This document shows, in pieces, positions 28,547 through 38,456 of a stretch of DNA of 64,000 nucleotides; position 1 is the stretch's first letter, and each line of letters opens with the position of its first letter. The translations under genes were made by a program, and so were the position numbers. This DNA is from Rhodothermales bacterium (GTDB lineage: Bacteria; Bacteroidota; Rhodothermia; Rhodothermales; VXPQ01): contig JAJDWX010000033.1 in the NCBI GenBank assembly GCA_022825385.1, positions 680 through 64,679 of the forward strand, given 5' to 3'. Under the pieces are notes generated by a model. The model was not told the origin of the DNA, ran no database searches, and was given only the letters and a program-made list of their open reading frames with translations.

Positions 28547-29785
28547 ATGAAATTTCCGCCGATAGACAAACAACTTGCGCAAATCGAGCGCGGCGTCGCC
28601 GAAATCGTTCCGAAAGACGCCCTTACGGAAAAATTGCGCAAGGCCGAACAAACGGGGGAGCCGCTCATTGTCAAACTGGGCTGCGATCCCAGCCGCCCCG
28701 ATCTGCATCTGGGACATTCCGTGGTGCTCCGCAAACTGCGGCAGTTTCAGGATCTGGGGCACCGCGCCGTACTCATCGTCGGGGATTTTACGGGCATGAT
28801 CGGCGACCCAAGCGGGCGCGCCCAGGGGCGGCCTGCGCTGACCGTCGAGGAAACCCGGGAAAACGGGCAATCCTATTTCGAGCAGGCGTCGCGCATCCTG
28901 GACCCGGAACGCACCCGCATCGTCTACAACTCGGAATGGCTCGATACCCTGAAATTCACCGACGTCGTTCAGCTGGCCAGCAAATACACGGTGGCCCGGA
29001 TGCTGGAGCGCGACGATTTCGAAAAAAGGTACAAGGCGGGCGAGCCGATAGGCATTCACGAATTTTTGTATCCGCTTGCGCAGGCCCAGGACTCGGTGGC
29101 CGTCCGGGCGGATATCGAGCTCGGCGGAACGGACCAGAAATTCAACCTGCTCGTGGGACGCGCCGTGCAGCAATCCGAAGGGATGGAGCCGCAGGCGTGC
29201 ATTATGACGCCTATCCTGCCCGGCACGGACGGCGTCGAAAAAATGTCCAAGTCGCTCGACAACTATATCGGCATTTCGGAGTCGCCGGAAGAGATGTACG
29301 GGAAAACCCTTTCCATTCCGGACGACCTGATCTATCCCTGGTTCGAGTTGGCCACGAACGCGCCGACGGAAGAACTCCCCGCCCTGCGCGCCGCGGCAAG
29401 CCGGGAACCCCGCGATACGAAACACCGACTGGCCTGGACGATCGCAAGCATGTACCATGGGGAGGCCGCGGCGGACCAGGCGCGCCGCCATTTCGAGCGA
29501 ACGGTAATCCAGGGCGGCGTACCGGAGAACATAAAAAACGTCCGCTTCGCTCCCCAGGACGGAGCCCGCATGGGCGTCCTTGACCTGATGACCCGCGCGG
29601 GCCTCACAAGTTCGAACGGGGAGGCCCGCCGGCTGATTGCCCAAAAGGCTGTTTCCATCGACGGGGAGAAAATATCCGACGCGCGGATGGAAATGGATAT
29701 CCAGACAGGCCCTTCGTTCGTCATCAAGGCGGGCAAGCGGCGGTTTGCCCGTATTGTTCGAGGGGACGACGAAGGCGCCGCCTGA
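28547..29785 (+). CDS. tyrS: tyrosine--tRNA ligase
   Basis: Start moved to ATG 28547 (MKFPPIDKQL..). HIGH-type PDLHLGHSV, KMSKS, and a C-terminal S4-like domain. Confidence 0.95.
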   Translation: MKFPPIDKQLAQIERGVAEIVPKDALTEKLRKAEQTGEPLIVKLGCDPSRPDLHLGHSVVLRKLRQFQDLGHRAVLIVGDFTGMIGDPSGRAQGRPALTVEETRENGQSYFEQASRILDPERTRIVYNSEWLDTLKFTDVVQLASKYTVARMLERDDFEKRYKAGEPIGIHEFLYPLAQAQDSVAVRADIELGGTDQKFNLLVGRAVQQSEGMEPQACIMTPILPGTDGVEKMSKSLDNYIGISESPEEMYGKTLSIPDDLIYPWFELATNAPTEELPALRAAASREPRDTKHRLAWTIASMYHGEAAADQARRHFERTVIQGGVPENIKNVRFAPQDGARMGVLDLMTRAGLTSSNGEARRLIAQKAVSIDGEKISDARMEMDIQTGPSFVIKAGKRRFARIVRGDDEGAA

Positions 29786-29883
29786 GCGGAACCATTGGCC
29801 CGAAGAAAAATATGTACTTCGTATGCGGGCAAATCGCTCGCCAACGAGTCCGCACATCGCTTCCGACTGTATTCCGAATCGCA

Positions 29884-32319
29884 ATGCGCGCGCCGCTCAT
29901 CGTTTTCCTTCTCGGCTTGTGTTGCCCGCCGCCCGTCGCCTGGGCCCAATCGACGGATAGCGACATGGCCGAAGGCCGCCGGGCCTTCGGGGAAGCATCG
30001 TACGAGCAAGCCGAACAAGCTTTTCTGCGCGTTACGGAGTCGGACCCGGATCGGGCCGAAGCGCATTACTTGCTTGCCCGCCTGTACACCGAAACGCCCC
30101 TGGCCGATCCGGGCAAGGCGGAGGACGCGCTGGACGAGGCCCTCCGGATCGAGCCGGAGAATACCGGGTATCTGGTCGCCAAACTGGTGCAATTACGCCA
30201 GGAGTCGCGGAATCTCATTAAGGAACGCATCCTCGAACAGCGACGCATTACCCTCTCCAGAAAAATTCTCTCTATCGATTCCACGAATGCGTTCGCGCAC
30301 GAGGAGTTGGGCACGCTCTTTATCCGCGACTTCTGGCGCTATCGCAACGCCATCATGTTTCCCAGCATGACCTTCAGTGGAAATTTGCACCAGGGAAGCC
30401 AGGCCATGGCGCTGGGGGATCCGCCGCTGGCCATGGAAGCGCCCTTGCAAGAGGACATCGAAGCAGAAGAAGGGTTCAGCGCCGCGCAAGCGGGTCCGCC
30501 CGAAACCGTGCCTGCGTTCGTCGACGATCCGGGGCGCGTATTTCTTGCGGACCGCTTCGACGTGGAGCAGCTGGAAGAGCAGGGGGTGCCGATCATGGAC
30601 TTGTCGCGGCGGGCGCAAGGAGCCTACGAACGCGCCGTCGCGCACCTTGGGAGCGCCCTGAAGTCCGACCCTGGCAGGCTTGCGGCGTACCGGCAACTCA
30701 TGAAGTTATATGCGCTGAAAGGAGAATACGCCTCGGCCCGGGAAATGCTCGAAAGCATGTATGCGTCTTTCCCCGAACTGCCTGATACGTGGCTGTACCT
30801 GGGATTGGCCCAGGCGTACGGAGGCGACGAGGAAGGCGCCGCCAATGCGTTCGAAACGGCGTTGCGCTACATGGACCCCGAGGAGACAACCGTGTTCGAA
30901 ACCCTCTCCTTGCTGCTCTTGCCCGACGAAGAAGATCGCTACGAGGATGACCCTGTTTCCTACGCCGCGCGCTTTTGGGCAAGCAAGGACCCGCGCTATC
31001 TCACGCCCTGGAACGAACGGAAAATCGAACACTACGCCCGCCTCGTATACGCCGATCTCCTGTACGGCAGCGAAGCGCTCGGCTTGCGGGGATGGGATAC
31101 GGAACGAGGCCATATCCTCGTGCGATACGGGCCTCCGGAGCGCGACGTCGTGATTGTGCCGGGCAGTTCGTCCGGGATACGGGACCTTGGGACGGCGCCT
31201 ACGGCCCGCAGCGATCCCCGGTCCGTATTGACGCCCTCCGACATGAACTTTACGCCGCGCGGGGCGCATCTCGGTGGCGACTTCGACATGCTGGCGGAGG
31301 CCAACACGTTCAATATTTGGGACTACGGCGATTTTCGGTTCGTATTCGAGGACCCGTTTCGGAATGGAGAATATCGGCTGTATTCCCCCAGCGCTTCGGA
31401 TATGTCTGCCGGGGTTCCAGCCTGGCTGAACGATTATTCGCTCACGGCGAAAGAAACCATCGCCCGCATCCCGGAACGCTACGAATACGAAACGCCCGGG
31501 CGCCGCGTGGATATTCCGTTCGTGACCAGCGCCTTCAAGGGAAACGACGGCGAGGCGGACCTGTACGTAGCGTACGGCATTCCGATCGCCGAGGGCGGGC
31601 TACAACAGGAGACCATAGATATTTCGGCGCGCATCGGGGCGTTTCTTGTGAGCGAAAACCGGGATATTCTCCTCGAACGGCGACAAACGATCCATGGGCT
31701 TCGGCGCGAGCAGATGCGCTCTTTCGAGGAGGCGCATCTCTGGGTGGGCGCGCAGGCGATGGCGTCGCCGCCGGGGCGGCACGAGGTCTCCATGGAATTC
31801 GAAACGGCCAGCGGCGCTACGGTCGCAGTGCAGCGCCGAAGCATTGACGTGCCCGATTTCGGGCAGGACGAGCTCCAGGCGAGCGACCTGATGCTGGCCT
31901 ACGGGATCGAGGAGAATAGCCGTACCGATTCGGAAGGCGGCGTCTTGCAGCGGGCCGGATTTTCCATTGCGCCCGCCCCGTGGAACGTATTCTCGCACCG
32001 GCAACCGATCTATCTGTTTTTCGAGATATATCAGTTGACCCTGGACGAAAACGGGGCGACCCGGTACGAAATGGAAGCCCGCCTTGCGCCCCGGAACAAT
32101 GCGAAAGGCGTAGCGCGGTTCGTGAAAAATCTCTTTGGCGGGCGCGGGGGCGGCGTCTCCGTGAGCGTACCGGGAACAGGCTCGTCGCCGGACGAAACGA
32201 ATTACCTTATTCTCGACGCCACGAATCAGGCGCCGGGACTATATACCCTTGCCTTGCGCGTACGCGACCTCGCAACCGGCAAAAGCGTCGAGCGGACGAC
32301 GGATCTTTTTCTGGAATGA
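29884..32319 (+). CDS. GWxTD domain-containing secreted protein with N-terminal TPR-like region
   Basis: Signal peptide MRAPLIVFLLGLCCPPPVAWAQ (ATG 29884). FWASKDPRY..ERKIEHYARLVYAD..LRGWDTERGHILVRYGPP matches the GWxTD domain. Confidence 0.8.
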   Translation: MRAPLIVFLLGLCCPPPVAWAQSTDSDMAEGRRAFGEASYEQAEQAFLRVTESDPDRAEAHYLLARLYTETPLADPGKAEDALDEALRIEPENTGYLVAKLVQLRQESRNLIKERILEQRRITLSRKILSIDSTNAFAHEELGTLFIRDFWRYRNAIMFPSMTFSGNLHQGSQAMALGDPPLAMEAPLQEDIEAEEGFSAAQAGPPETVPAFVDDPGRVFLADRFDVEQLEEQGVPIMDLSRRAQGAYERAVAHLGSALKSDPGRLAAYRQLMKLYALKGEYASAREMLESMYASFPELPDTWLYLGLAQAYGGDEEGAANAFETALRYMDPEETTVFETLSLLLLPDEEDRYEDDPVSYAARFWASKDPRYLTPWNERKIEHYARLVYADLLYGSEALGLRGWDTERGHILVRYGPPERDVVIVPGSSSGIRDLGTAPTARSDPRSVLTPSDMNFTPRGAHLGGDFDMLAEANTFNIWDYGDFRFVFEDPFRNGEYRLYSPSASDMSAGVPAWLNDYSLTAKETIARIPERYEYETPGRRVDIPFVTSAFKGNDGEADLYVAYGIPIAEGGLQQETIDISARIGAFLVSENRDILLERRQTIHGLRREQMRSFEEAHLWVGAQAMASPPGRHEVSMEFETASGATVAVQRRSIDVPDFGQDELQASDLMLAYGIEENSRTDSEGGVLQRAGFSIAPAPWNVFSHRQPIYLFFEIYQLTLDENGATRYEMEARLAPRNNAKGVARFVKNLFGGRGGGVSVSVPGTGSSPDETNYLILDATNQAPGLYTLALRVRDLATGKSVERTTDLFLE

Positions 32320-32355
32320 GGGTTGAGGAAAGGGGCGTTAGATTGAAAATTGGCG

Positions 32356-32658
32356 TTAACGATTTCGACGCTTCCCTTTTTGCGCCTTGATAAGACCAAC
32401 GCGTACCAAGTCATCTTCCGTTTCCAGCCCAGCCGCCTGCAGCATGGCCTTCAATGTACCCCGTCGTATAGTTTGCTTGGGATGCATATGGATAGAGACT
32501 ATATTTTTTCCTTTTGGCCGGTCGGGATGCAAGTATATCTGAACAGCCCCAGATCTTTTCTGTCGGACCCAGCCCCCATCCTTGAGCAGGGCCTTCTCAA
32601 ATTCTTCATTTGTCGTGCTACGCAGTTGAGCCCATACGTGCTTGGGGTAAATACTCAT
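32356..32658 (-). CDS. HicA/YcfA-like toxin (type II TA), putative
   Basis: 100 aa from ATG 32658. The pattern ..FEKALLKDGGWVRQKRSG..IYLHPD..IVSIHMHPKQTIRRGTLKAMLQAAGL resembles HicA family layout, but the usual GSH motif is not obvious. Lies in an AT-richer islet. Confidence 0.55.
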   Translation of the reverse strand: MSIYPKHVWAQLRSTTNEEFEKALLKDGGWVRQKRSGAVQIYLHPDRPKGKNIVSIHMHPKQTIRRGTLKAMLQAAGLETEDDLVRVGLIKAQKGKRRNR

Positions 32659-32935
32659 AGCGAGGTAAGAGCAAATTATGAATTTCTGCATTCCGGCGGA
32701 CACGATAAGTACGCTTCCGTGGCTTATGCTGTACTACGGTTGACGGAATCGGTAGCCCCTGGTCGATCATTGTTTCCAGATACGCTATTGTTCCGTGTGC
32801 TGCAGCATTCAGCGCTTCCTCCCTGGTTTCGGCGCAAATGTGCAGCCCTTTTAGGTCTGGGCTATGTACATGAAAAGCGTCCTCGTCCTTTTCGATGATG
32901 ACCGTTACCATGAAAACGCTGTCTTTCGGATACAT
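32618..32935 (-). CDS. HicB/UPF0150-like antitoxin, putative
   Basis: ATG 32935 is preceded by AAGGAGG 8 nt upstream. VTVIIEKDEDAFHVHSPDLKGLHICAETREEALNAAAHGTIAYLETMIDQGLPIP matches the HicB N-terminal fold pattern. Overlaps the toxin start by 41 nt. Confidence 0.6.
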   Translation of the reverse strand: MYPKDSVFMVTVIIEKDEDAFHVHSPDLKGLHICAETREEALNAAAHGTIAYLETMIDQGLPIPSTVVQHKPRKRTYRVRRNAEIHNLLLPRYEYLPQARMGSTA

Positions 32936-33100
32936 GCCTTGGTCCTCCTTGTTATGGTTGCTCTCGTAGTGGTCCAAGCGGTGGAAAGGAGTACAATAAT
33001 CCCTACTGCTGGTTCCTGTTTATTGACATTTTAAGGTCACAAAATCTGGACTTAAAAAAATAAGGTTGCCGTTTGCGGCCGTAGCCCCGGCCCGGCGGCG

Positions 33101-33613
33101 TCAATCGGATTTTTTGAGCATTTCCTCCAGCGCGGCGGCCACGGAAGCGTCCATTTCCTCGACCTGCTGCGCCATGTGCGCCTTGTAGGCTACGATCCGG
33201 TCGAGCGCAGCCGGATCGGAAGCGCCGATAATTTGCGCGGCGAGCAGCCCGGCGTTGCGGGCGCCGCCGATCGCCACGGTAGCGACAGGAACGCCGCGCG
33301 GCATTTGCACGATGGACAGCAAGGCGTCGAGGCCGTCCAGCTTTTTCCCCGGAACGGGGACACCGATCACGGGCAGGGGAGACCAGGCCGCAATCATTCC
33401 GGGGAGATGGGCGGCGCCTCCCGCGCCCGCAATAATGACCCGGACGCCGCGCGTATGCGCCGTACGAGCGTATTCTCCCATATGATGGGGCGTGCGGTGG
33501 GCGGAAAGGACGCGAATCTCAAACGGTATGTCCAGCGCGCGCAGCACGTCCGCCGCGCCGGCCATAACGGAGAGATCCGAGCGGGATCCCATGGTAATGC
33601 CTGCAAGAGCCAT
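33101..33613 (-). CDS. purE: 5-(carboxyamino)imidazole ribonucleotide mutase
   Basis: Start moved to ATG 33613 ([14 protein letters not shown]..). Motifs SAHRTP and [13 protein letters not shown]. The track N-terminal extension runs into the repeat element. Confidence 0.93.
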   Translation of the reverse strand: MALAGITMGSRSDLSVMAGAADVLRALDIPFEIRVLSAHRTPHHMGEYARTAHTRGVRVIIAGAGGAAHLPGMIAAWSPLPVIGVPVPGKKLDGLDALLSIVQMPRGVPVATVAIGGARNAGLLAAQIIGASDPAALDRIVAYKAHMAQQVEEMDASVAAALEEMLKKSD

Positions 33614-33633
33614 GATTCGTCGAAGATGCGTAG

Positions 33634-33889
33634 GGATACTCTGATTAAATCCGCGAAGCTCAGAGGCATGCGAGGGGTGCGCTGGCAAGGAATGACGAAG
33701 CAATGTGGCAGGCCCCACATAATGAGGAATGACACAGCCAGCGTGCCCCTCGCATGCCTCCCGAAGGGCGCGTCACGGACGCAACGTACCGAATCTACGG
33801 TATTTTCTGCTGATTTCAACAATGCAAGCATGACACCCTTGACATGCGACAGTGACGCGCTGAGCGAAGCGGCTTTGATCAGAGTATCC
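33634..33889 (+). mobile_element. MITE-like / structured repeat element, copy A (256 bp)
   Basis: Terminal inverted repeats GGATACTCTGATTAAA ... TTTGATCAGAGTATCC. N+TA on both flanks. ~92% identical to 52827-53081. No ORF. Confidence 0.6.
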
Positions 33890-33911
33890 GTAAGGATAGG
33901 AAGGCGTTGCG

Positions 33912-35045
33912 TTACAAGCGAAGGCGGGCGGCGGCTTGCTCGGCGCGCTGGCGAACGTCGCGGCGGTCGTCGCCCGTAACCGTGACATGTCCCATTTTAC
34001 GATTCGTTCTGGTTTCCGTTTTGCCGTACAAATGCACCGCCGCGCCGGGGACCGACAGCGCCTCCTCCAATCCTCCGGGGGACGACGCGCCCTCGCGATG
34101 GCCCAATACGTTGACCATGACGGCGACGGGAGCGCGCAAGGAGGGATCCCCCAGCGGCATATCCAGCACGGCGCGAAGATGATTTTCGAATTGGGACGTG
34201 TGGCTGCCTTCGATAGAATAATGACCCGTATTGTGCGGGCGCGGGGCCAACTCGTTGATCAGAACGCACCCGTCTTCCGTATGAAAAAGTTCTACGGCAA
34301 TCAGCCCCGTTCCCCGAACGGCCTCCACGGCGGCAAGGCCGATTCGCTGCGCTTCGCGGGCTTCGGCGTCCGCAATGCAGGAAGGCGCTTCTACCGCATA
34401 GCACCGATGATCGCGCTGCTCCGTGTCCGCCACGGGATACGCAACGTGATCGCCCCCGGGGCGGCGCGCCACCAGCACGGAGAGTTCCCGCCGAAACGCA
34501 ACGAATGCTTCTACCAGCAGGCCGTCTTTCGCAGCGAGGCTTTCCCATGCCGCGCGAAGTTCTTCGTCCGAGCGGACGGTCCGGTTGCCGTAGCCGTCGT
34601 AGGCGTGGGTATATTTTTTGGCGAGCAGGGGATATCCGAACCGGTTCGCAGCCCGCAGGGCTTCGTCAGGCGTGGCGCAACAGGCGAACTCCGGGGTGGG
34701 CAACCCGGCATTGCGCAGCCAGGTTTTTTGGCGGCCCTTGTGCCGGATAATATCCAGCGTAAAGGAGCCGGGACGAACAGGGACCTGCCCTTGCAGGGCC
34801 GCCTCCGCTTCGTGGACCGGCGTCCATTCGCTCTCGGCCGTCACCACGTCGCAGCCCATGCCGAATGCGCGAAGGAGATCGGGGTCCGTCCAGTCGCCCG
34901 TGAAAGACGGCCCAAGGTCCTCGACTGGCCCCGCCGGTTCCGGGAGCAAAAAGCGTACGCCGAAGCCCATGCGCCGCGCGGCGAGGGCGGTCATCCGGGC
35001 CAATTGTCCGCCCCCAAGAATGCCTACGACAGGAAAAGACGACAT
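33912..35045 (-). CDS. purK: N5-carboxyaminoimidazole ribonucleotide synthase
   Basis: ATP-grasp layout. N-terminus VGILGGGQLARM. Start at ATG 35045, which avoids overlap with the ftsK stop at 35065. Confidence 0.9.
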   Translation of the reverse strand: MSSFPVVGILGGGQLARMTALAARRMGFGVRFLLPEPAGPVEDLGPSFTGDWTDPDLLRAFGMGCDVVTAESEWTPVHEAEAALQGQVPVRPGSFTLDIIRHKGRQKTWLRNAGLPTPEFACCATPDEALRAANRFGYPLLAKKYTHAYDGYGNRTVRSDEELRAAWESLAAKDGLLVEAFVAFRRELSVLVARRPGGDHVAYPVADTEQRDHRCYAVEAPSCIADAEAREAQRIGLAAVEAVRGTGLIAVELFHTEDGCVLINELAPRPHNTGHYSIEGSHTSQFENHLRAVLDMPLGDPSLRAPVAVMVNVLGHREGASSPGGLEEALSVPGAAVHLYGKTETRTNRKMGHVTVTGDDRRDVRQRAEQAAARLRL

Positions 35046-35064
35046 AAAACCCGTATCCTTATCC

Positions 35065-37506
35065 TTAATTTCCAATGTCGGCAAGCAGGGCCTCCAGCTC
35101 CTCCTCCGACTCCACCAGCACCTCGCGCGCCTTGGATCCTGCGAAACGGCCCACTATGCCTGCTTTTTCAAGTTGATCCACAATGCGGGCGGCTCGCGTG
35201 TATCCGATGGACAATTTGCGTTGCAGCAGCGAAACCGACCCCTGCCGGGCGCGCACAAGAATCCGGGCGGCCTCTTCGAAGAACGGATCCGTGTCCTCCA
35301 TGCCGCCCGCCGCCCCCGGACCAGCCTCGTCTCCGAAGGGAGGAAGCGCGTAGGGCCCGGCCCCTTGCTGTTTCGCCACGAAATCCACGATGCGATCCAC
35401 TTCCTCCGAAGCGATATACGGCCCCTGCAACCGGACGGCCCGGCTGCCGAGCATATACAAAAGGTCTCCGTTGCCTACGAGGCCTTCCGCGCCGTTCTGG
35501 TCGAGAATGGTTCGGGAATCTACCTTGGAAGCCACCTGATACGCGATGCGGGCGGGAAAATTCGCCTTGATCAACCCCGTAATCACATCGACAGACGGAC
35601 GTTGCGTAGCCAGCACAAGATGTACGCCCACGGCGCGGGCCATCTGGGCAAGGCGGGCTATAGGAGCCTCTATGTCCTTGCCCGCCAACATCATAAGGTC
35701 TGCAAGTTCATCTATGATCACGACGATATAGGGCAAATGCCGGAGGGCATCCTCTGTTTCCGCGCGCCCGGAACGCACCTTGTCGTTGTAATCCTTGATG
35801 GAGCGAACCTGGGCGGCGGAAAACAGATCGTAACGCAGTTCCATCTCGCGCTCGCAGGACTTGAGCACCCCCAGCGCCTGGCTCACGTCCGTAATGATCG
35901 GCTCCTCGCTGTTTTCCGGCATCGCCACATAATGGTCCGCAATGTATTTGTATTGTTGCAACTCGATCTTTTTGGGATCGATCATGACAAACTTCAAATT
36001 CGCGGGGTGGCAGGCGTAAATCAGTCCTGTAATCAAGGTGTTGAGTCCGACCGATTTGCCTGATCCCGTCGCGCCTGCGATAAGCAGGTGGGGCAGTTTC
36101 GCCAGATCGATCATAAACACTTCGCCCTCTATGGTTTTGCCCACGGGCACGGGCAACGCCATATCGGAATCCCGGAATCGGGCGGTGCCGATCACATCGC
36201 GGATACGGACAAGTTCGCGGCGGCGATTGGGTATTTCCACGCCCACGGCAGATTTTCCGGGGATCGGCGCAATAATCCGGATGCCCCTCGCGGCCATCGC
36301 CATGGCCAGATCGTTTTCGAGGGCCGTGATGCGGTTGATCTTCACGCCCGGCGCCGGGGTCAATTCGTACAACGTAACCGTCGGCCCCACAATGGCGTTG
36401 ATCTCCCGTATTTCAATGCCGTACGTATCGAGTTTGTCGAGCAGGATCCGTTTGTTTTCTTCCAGCTCGTCGTAGTCGATGGGGATTTCGGCGGCGTCGC
36501 GTTCGTCCAGCAGCTTTACCGGGGGAAAACGATACGCGCGCGCAATCTTTTCGTCGGGAATATCCATGCGCCGCTGCACCTTGCTGGCATGTTCCTCCTC
36601 AATGCGCTCCTGAACGTGCATTGCAATATCCTCAGGAGCGTCTTCGGGATCCTCCGGGAGAGAAGGGGCCTCGCTGCGAAACGCGTCGTTCAGCGTACGG
36701 CTTGCCCCCTCGGCGGCAGGCGGCGAAGCGGTTTGCGCAGAACCGGAAGACGGGGGCCGCTCGGAAGCCGCTGGGGCAGGGCGCTCGTTCTTCTTTTTCC
36801 GCGCGGCTTGTTTCTCCGCCCGGCTCTTGCGCTTTTCTTCCGCCCGTTTTTTGCGCGCTGCGCGGCGCGTTGCGGCGGCGGCTTTCCTGGAAGCGTTCCA
36901 GGCCCCGACCTTGTCGAAAAGGGCCTGCAAATCGGGTTCGGCCAGCAACAGGAACGCCACGGCAAGACACAGCGCAAGCATCGCCGCCGACCCGACCTCG
37001 CCAAAAACGTGCTGGAGCCACCCGGCCACGCCCAGGCCAAGCCGCCCGCTCCACAAGGCAAGCTCCACGTCGAAGACCCGCGCGGTCCAGCCGAAAAAGG
37101 CCGCCGAGGCGAACACGACCGCAAAAACGAGCAGGCCCGTCGAAACCAGTTTAACGCTTGCGCGGCGACGGAACAGCAGATAACCCGTCATGCAAAAAAA
37201 TCCCGACAGCAATACGACCGGGTAGCCCAGAAAACGCGGCACGAACCAGTATGCGATCCAGGCCCCCGCCAGGCCGAGCATATTCGCCGCCTGATTTTCT
37301 CCGGGAACGAACAGGTCGCGCGGGGTGCTGCTTCGAACGATGATGTCGTCGGCAGCCTGATAGGTGACGAGGGCCAGGCAAACCAGAAAGGCCAGGGTCA
37401 TCGAAACCAGGCCAAGCACTTCGTGCATGCGGCCCGCGGGCGCGCCGGGAGCCTTTTCGCCGGGGACCTGCCTGCGGTTCTGTTTTTTTCCTGAGGGTAA
37501 AGCCAT
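35065..37506 (-). CDS. ftsK: DNA translocase FtsK
   Basis: N-terminal TM segments, basic/Pro-rich linker, motor domain with Walker A GATGSGKSV, and the gamma domain SVSLLQRKLSIGYTRAARIVDQLE. Confidence 0.95.
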   Translation of the reverse strand: MALPSGKKQNRRQVPGEKAPGAPAGRMHEVLGLVSMTLAFLVCLALVTYQAADDIIVRSSTPRDLFVPGENQAANMLGLAGAWIAYWFVPRFLGYPVVLLSGFFCMTGYLLFRRRASVKLVSTGLLVFAVVFASAAFFGWTARVFDVELALWSGRLGLGVAGWLQHVFGEVGSAAMLALCLAVAFLLLAEPDLQALFDKVGAWNASRKAAAATRRAARKKRAEEKRKSRAEKQAARKKKNERPAPAASERPPSSGSAQTASPPAAEGASRTLNDAFRSEAPSLPEDPEDAPEDIAMHVQERIEEEHASKVQRRMDIPDEKIARAYRFPPVKLLDERDAAEIPIDYDELEENKRILLDKLDTYGIEIREINAIVGPTVTLYELTPAPGVKINRITALENDLAMAMAARGIRIIAPIPGKSAVGVEIPNRRRELVRIRDVIGTARFRDSDMALPVPVGKTIEGEVFMIDLAKLPHLLIAGATGSGKSVGLNTLITGLIYACHPANLKFVMIDPKKIELQQYKYIADHYVAMPENSEEPIITDVSQALGVLKSCEREMELRYDLFSAAQVRSIKDYNDKVRSGRAETEDALRHLPYIVVIIDELADLMMLAGKDIEAPIARLAQMARAVGVHLVLATQRPSVDVITGLIKANFPARIAYQVASKVDSRTILDQNGAEGLVGNGDLLYMLGSRAVRLQGPYIASEEVDRIVDFVAKQQGAGPYALPPFGDEAGPGAAGGMEDTDPFFEEAARILVRARQGSVSLLQRKLSIGYTRAARIVDQLEKAGIVGRFAGSKAREVLVESEEELEALLADIGN

Positions 37507-37530
37507 CCTTCAAGGTACTGCTAACCGACG

Positions 37531-37575
37531 AAAAAACCACGTCTGCCCGCAAGGCGGCCATGGAGCCTTGCGGGC
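37531..37575 (-). terminator. possible intrinsic terminator downstream of the 37579-38325 gene
   Basis: On the minus strand: 10-bp stem GCCCGCAAGG/CCTTGCGGGC (37566-37575 with 37545-37554), 11-nt loop, then AGACGTGG and TTTTTT. The T tract sits 8 nt from the stem. Confidence 0.4.
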
Positions 37576-37578
37576 GCG

Positions 37579-38325
37579 TTACGCGGCGATACGGCTCAGT
37601 TCCTTTTTGTCCAGCACAATCCGGTTGTCCCGGTAACGGGGAAGCACGGGCAAGGCATTGAACCGAAAACAATAGTCTACGTCTTCTGCGAACCCCCTCG
37701 AAGCAAGCCATTGCGCATGGGCGCCCTCGCGCAAGGCGGCGTCCAGGCCGTGTCGGCGGCTGTCGTACAACGCAAAGGCCATGCGCGTTGCGTCGGAAAC
37801 GCCAGCGGGGGGAGCGCCATTCCATACCTTGTCCAGCAGGTATCCCGCGCAAAGCGTGTCCTCAAGAGAAACCTGTCCTTGCTGGCCGGAGCAAATAATA
37901 ATCAGGTCCCGGCCCGCCGCGCAGACCGCCTCGACTACGCGATCAATGTTCAGGAAACACCCGACCAGCAAACGCTCGGCTTTTCGCCCCTTGTGCATGG
38001 CGACCGTCCCGTTGGTCGTACTGAGAATGAGGGTTCGCCCCCGTACGACCTCGCGGGTATATTCGAGCGGGGAGTTGCCGCAATGATACTGGTCTATGCG
38101 ATAGCCGCCGCGTTCGCCCCCCAGCAGGTAGCTCGAAGGGTCAAGGTTCGAGGCGATTTTTGCGGCGTGATCCAGGTCAGGAACCGGAACGACGCCGCGC
38201 GCGCCCCGGCAAAGGGCCGTAACAATGGTCGAGCAAGCCCGAAGCACGTCGATCGCAACGACGACTTGCGTTCCCGTTTCTTTTTCCGGTACGGACTGGG
38301 CCGTGATAAATACTTCGGCGTGCAT
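37579..38325 (-). CDS. 2-phosphosulfolactate phosphatase (ComB) family protein
   Basis: Start moved to ATG 38325 (MHAEVFITAQ..). Motifs IDVLRACSTIV and GGERGG. Confidence 0.8.
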   Translation of the reverse strand: MHAEVFITAQSVPEKETGTQVVVAIDVLRACSTIVTALCRGARGVVPVPDLDHAAKIASNLDPSSYLLGGERGGYRIDQYHCGNSPLEYTREVVRGRTLILSTTNGTVAMHKGRKAERLLVGCFLNIDRVVEAVCAAGRDLIIICSGQQGQVSLEDTLCAGYLLDKVWNGAPPAGVSDATRMAFALYDSRRHGLDAALREGAHAQWLASRGFAEDVDYCFRFNALPVLPRYRDNRIVLDKKELSRIAA

Positions 38326-38456
38326 GGCGGCGGAACGGACAAGGGAAAGAAAAACGGCGAAATCCACGAAGCGAGGAATACGCCGATCAGGTCCACGAAG
38401 ATCAGCGTGTCCCAAGATACGCCGCGCCGCGCCGCGCCGCAATATGCAACAAACCG

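Noticed and set aside
33839-33867. Perfect TTGACA inside the repeat element, considered as an outward-facing promoter.
   Set aside because: No acceptable -10 hexamer lies at 16-18 nt spacing (GAGCGA/TGAGCG). A minus-strand TTGAAA-16-TAGATT candidate exists in copy A, but its -35 is degraded in copy B.
38420-38439. (CGCCG)x4 pentanucleotide repeat in the gcvT/comB-like spacer.
   Set aside because: It is a short simple repeat in GC-rich DNA with no associated structure or flanking feature.
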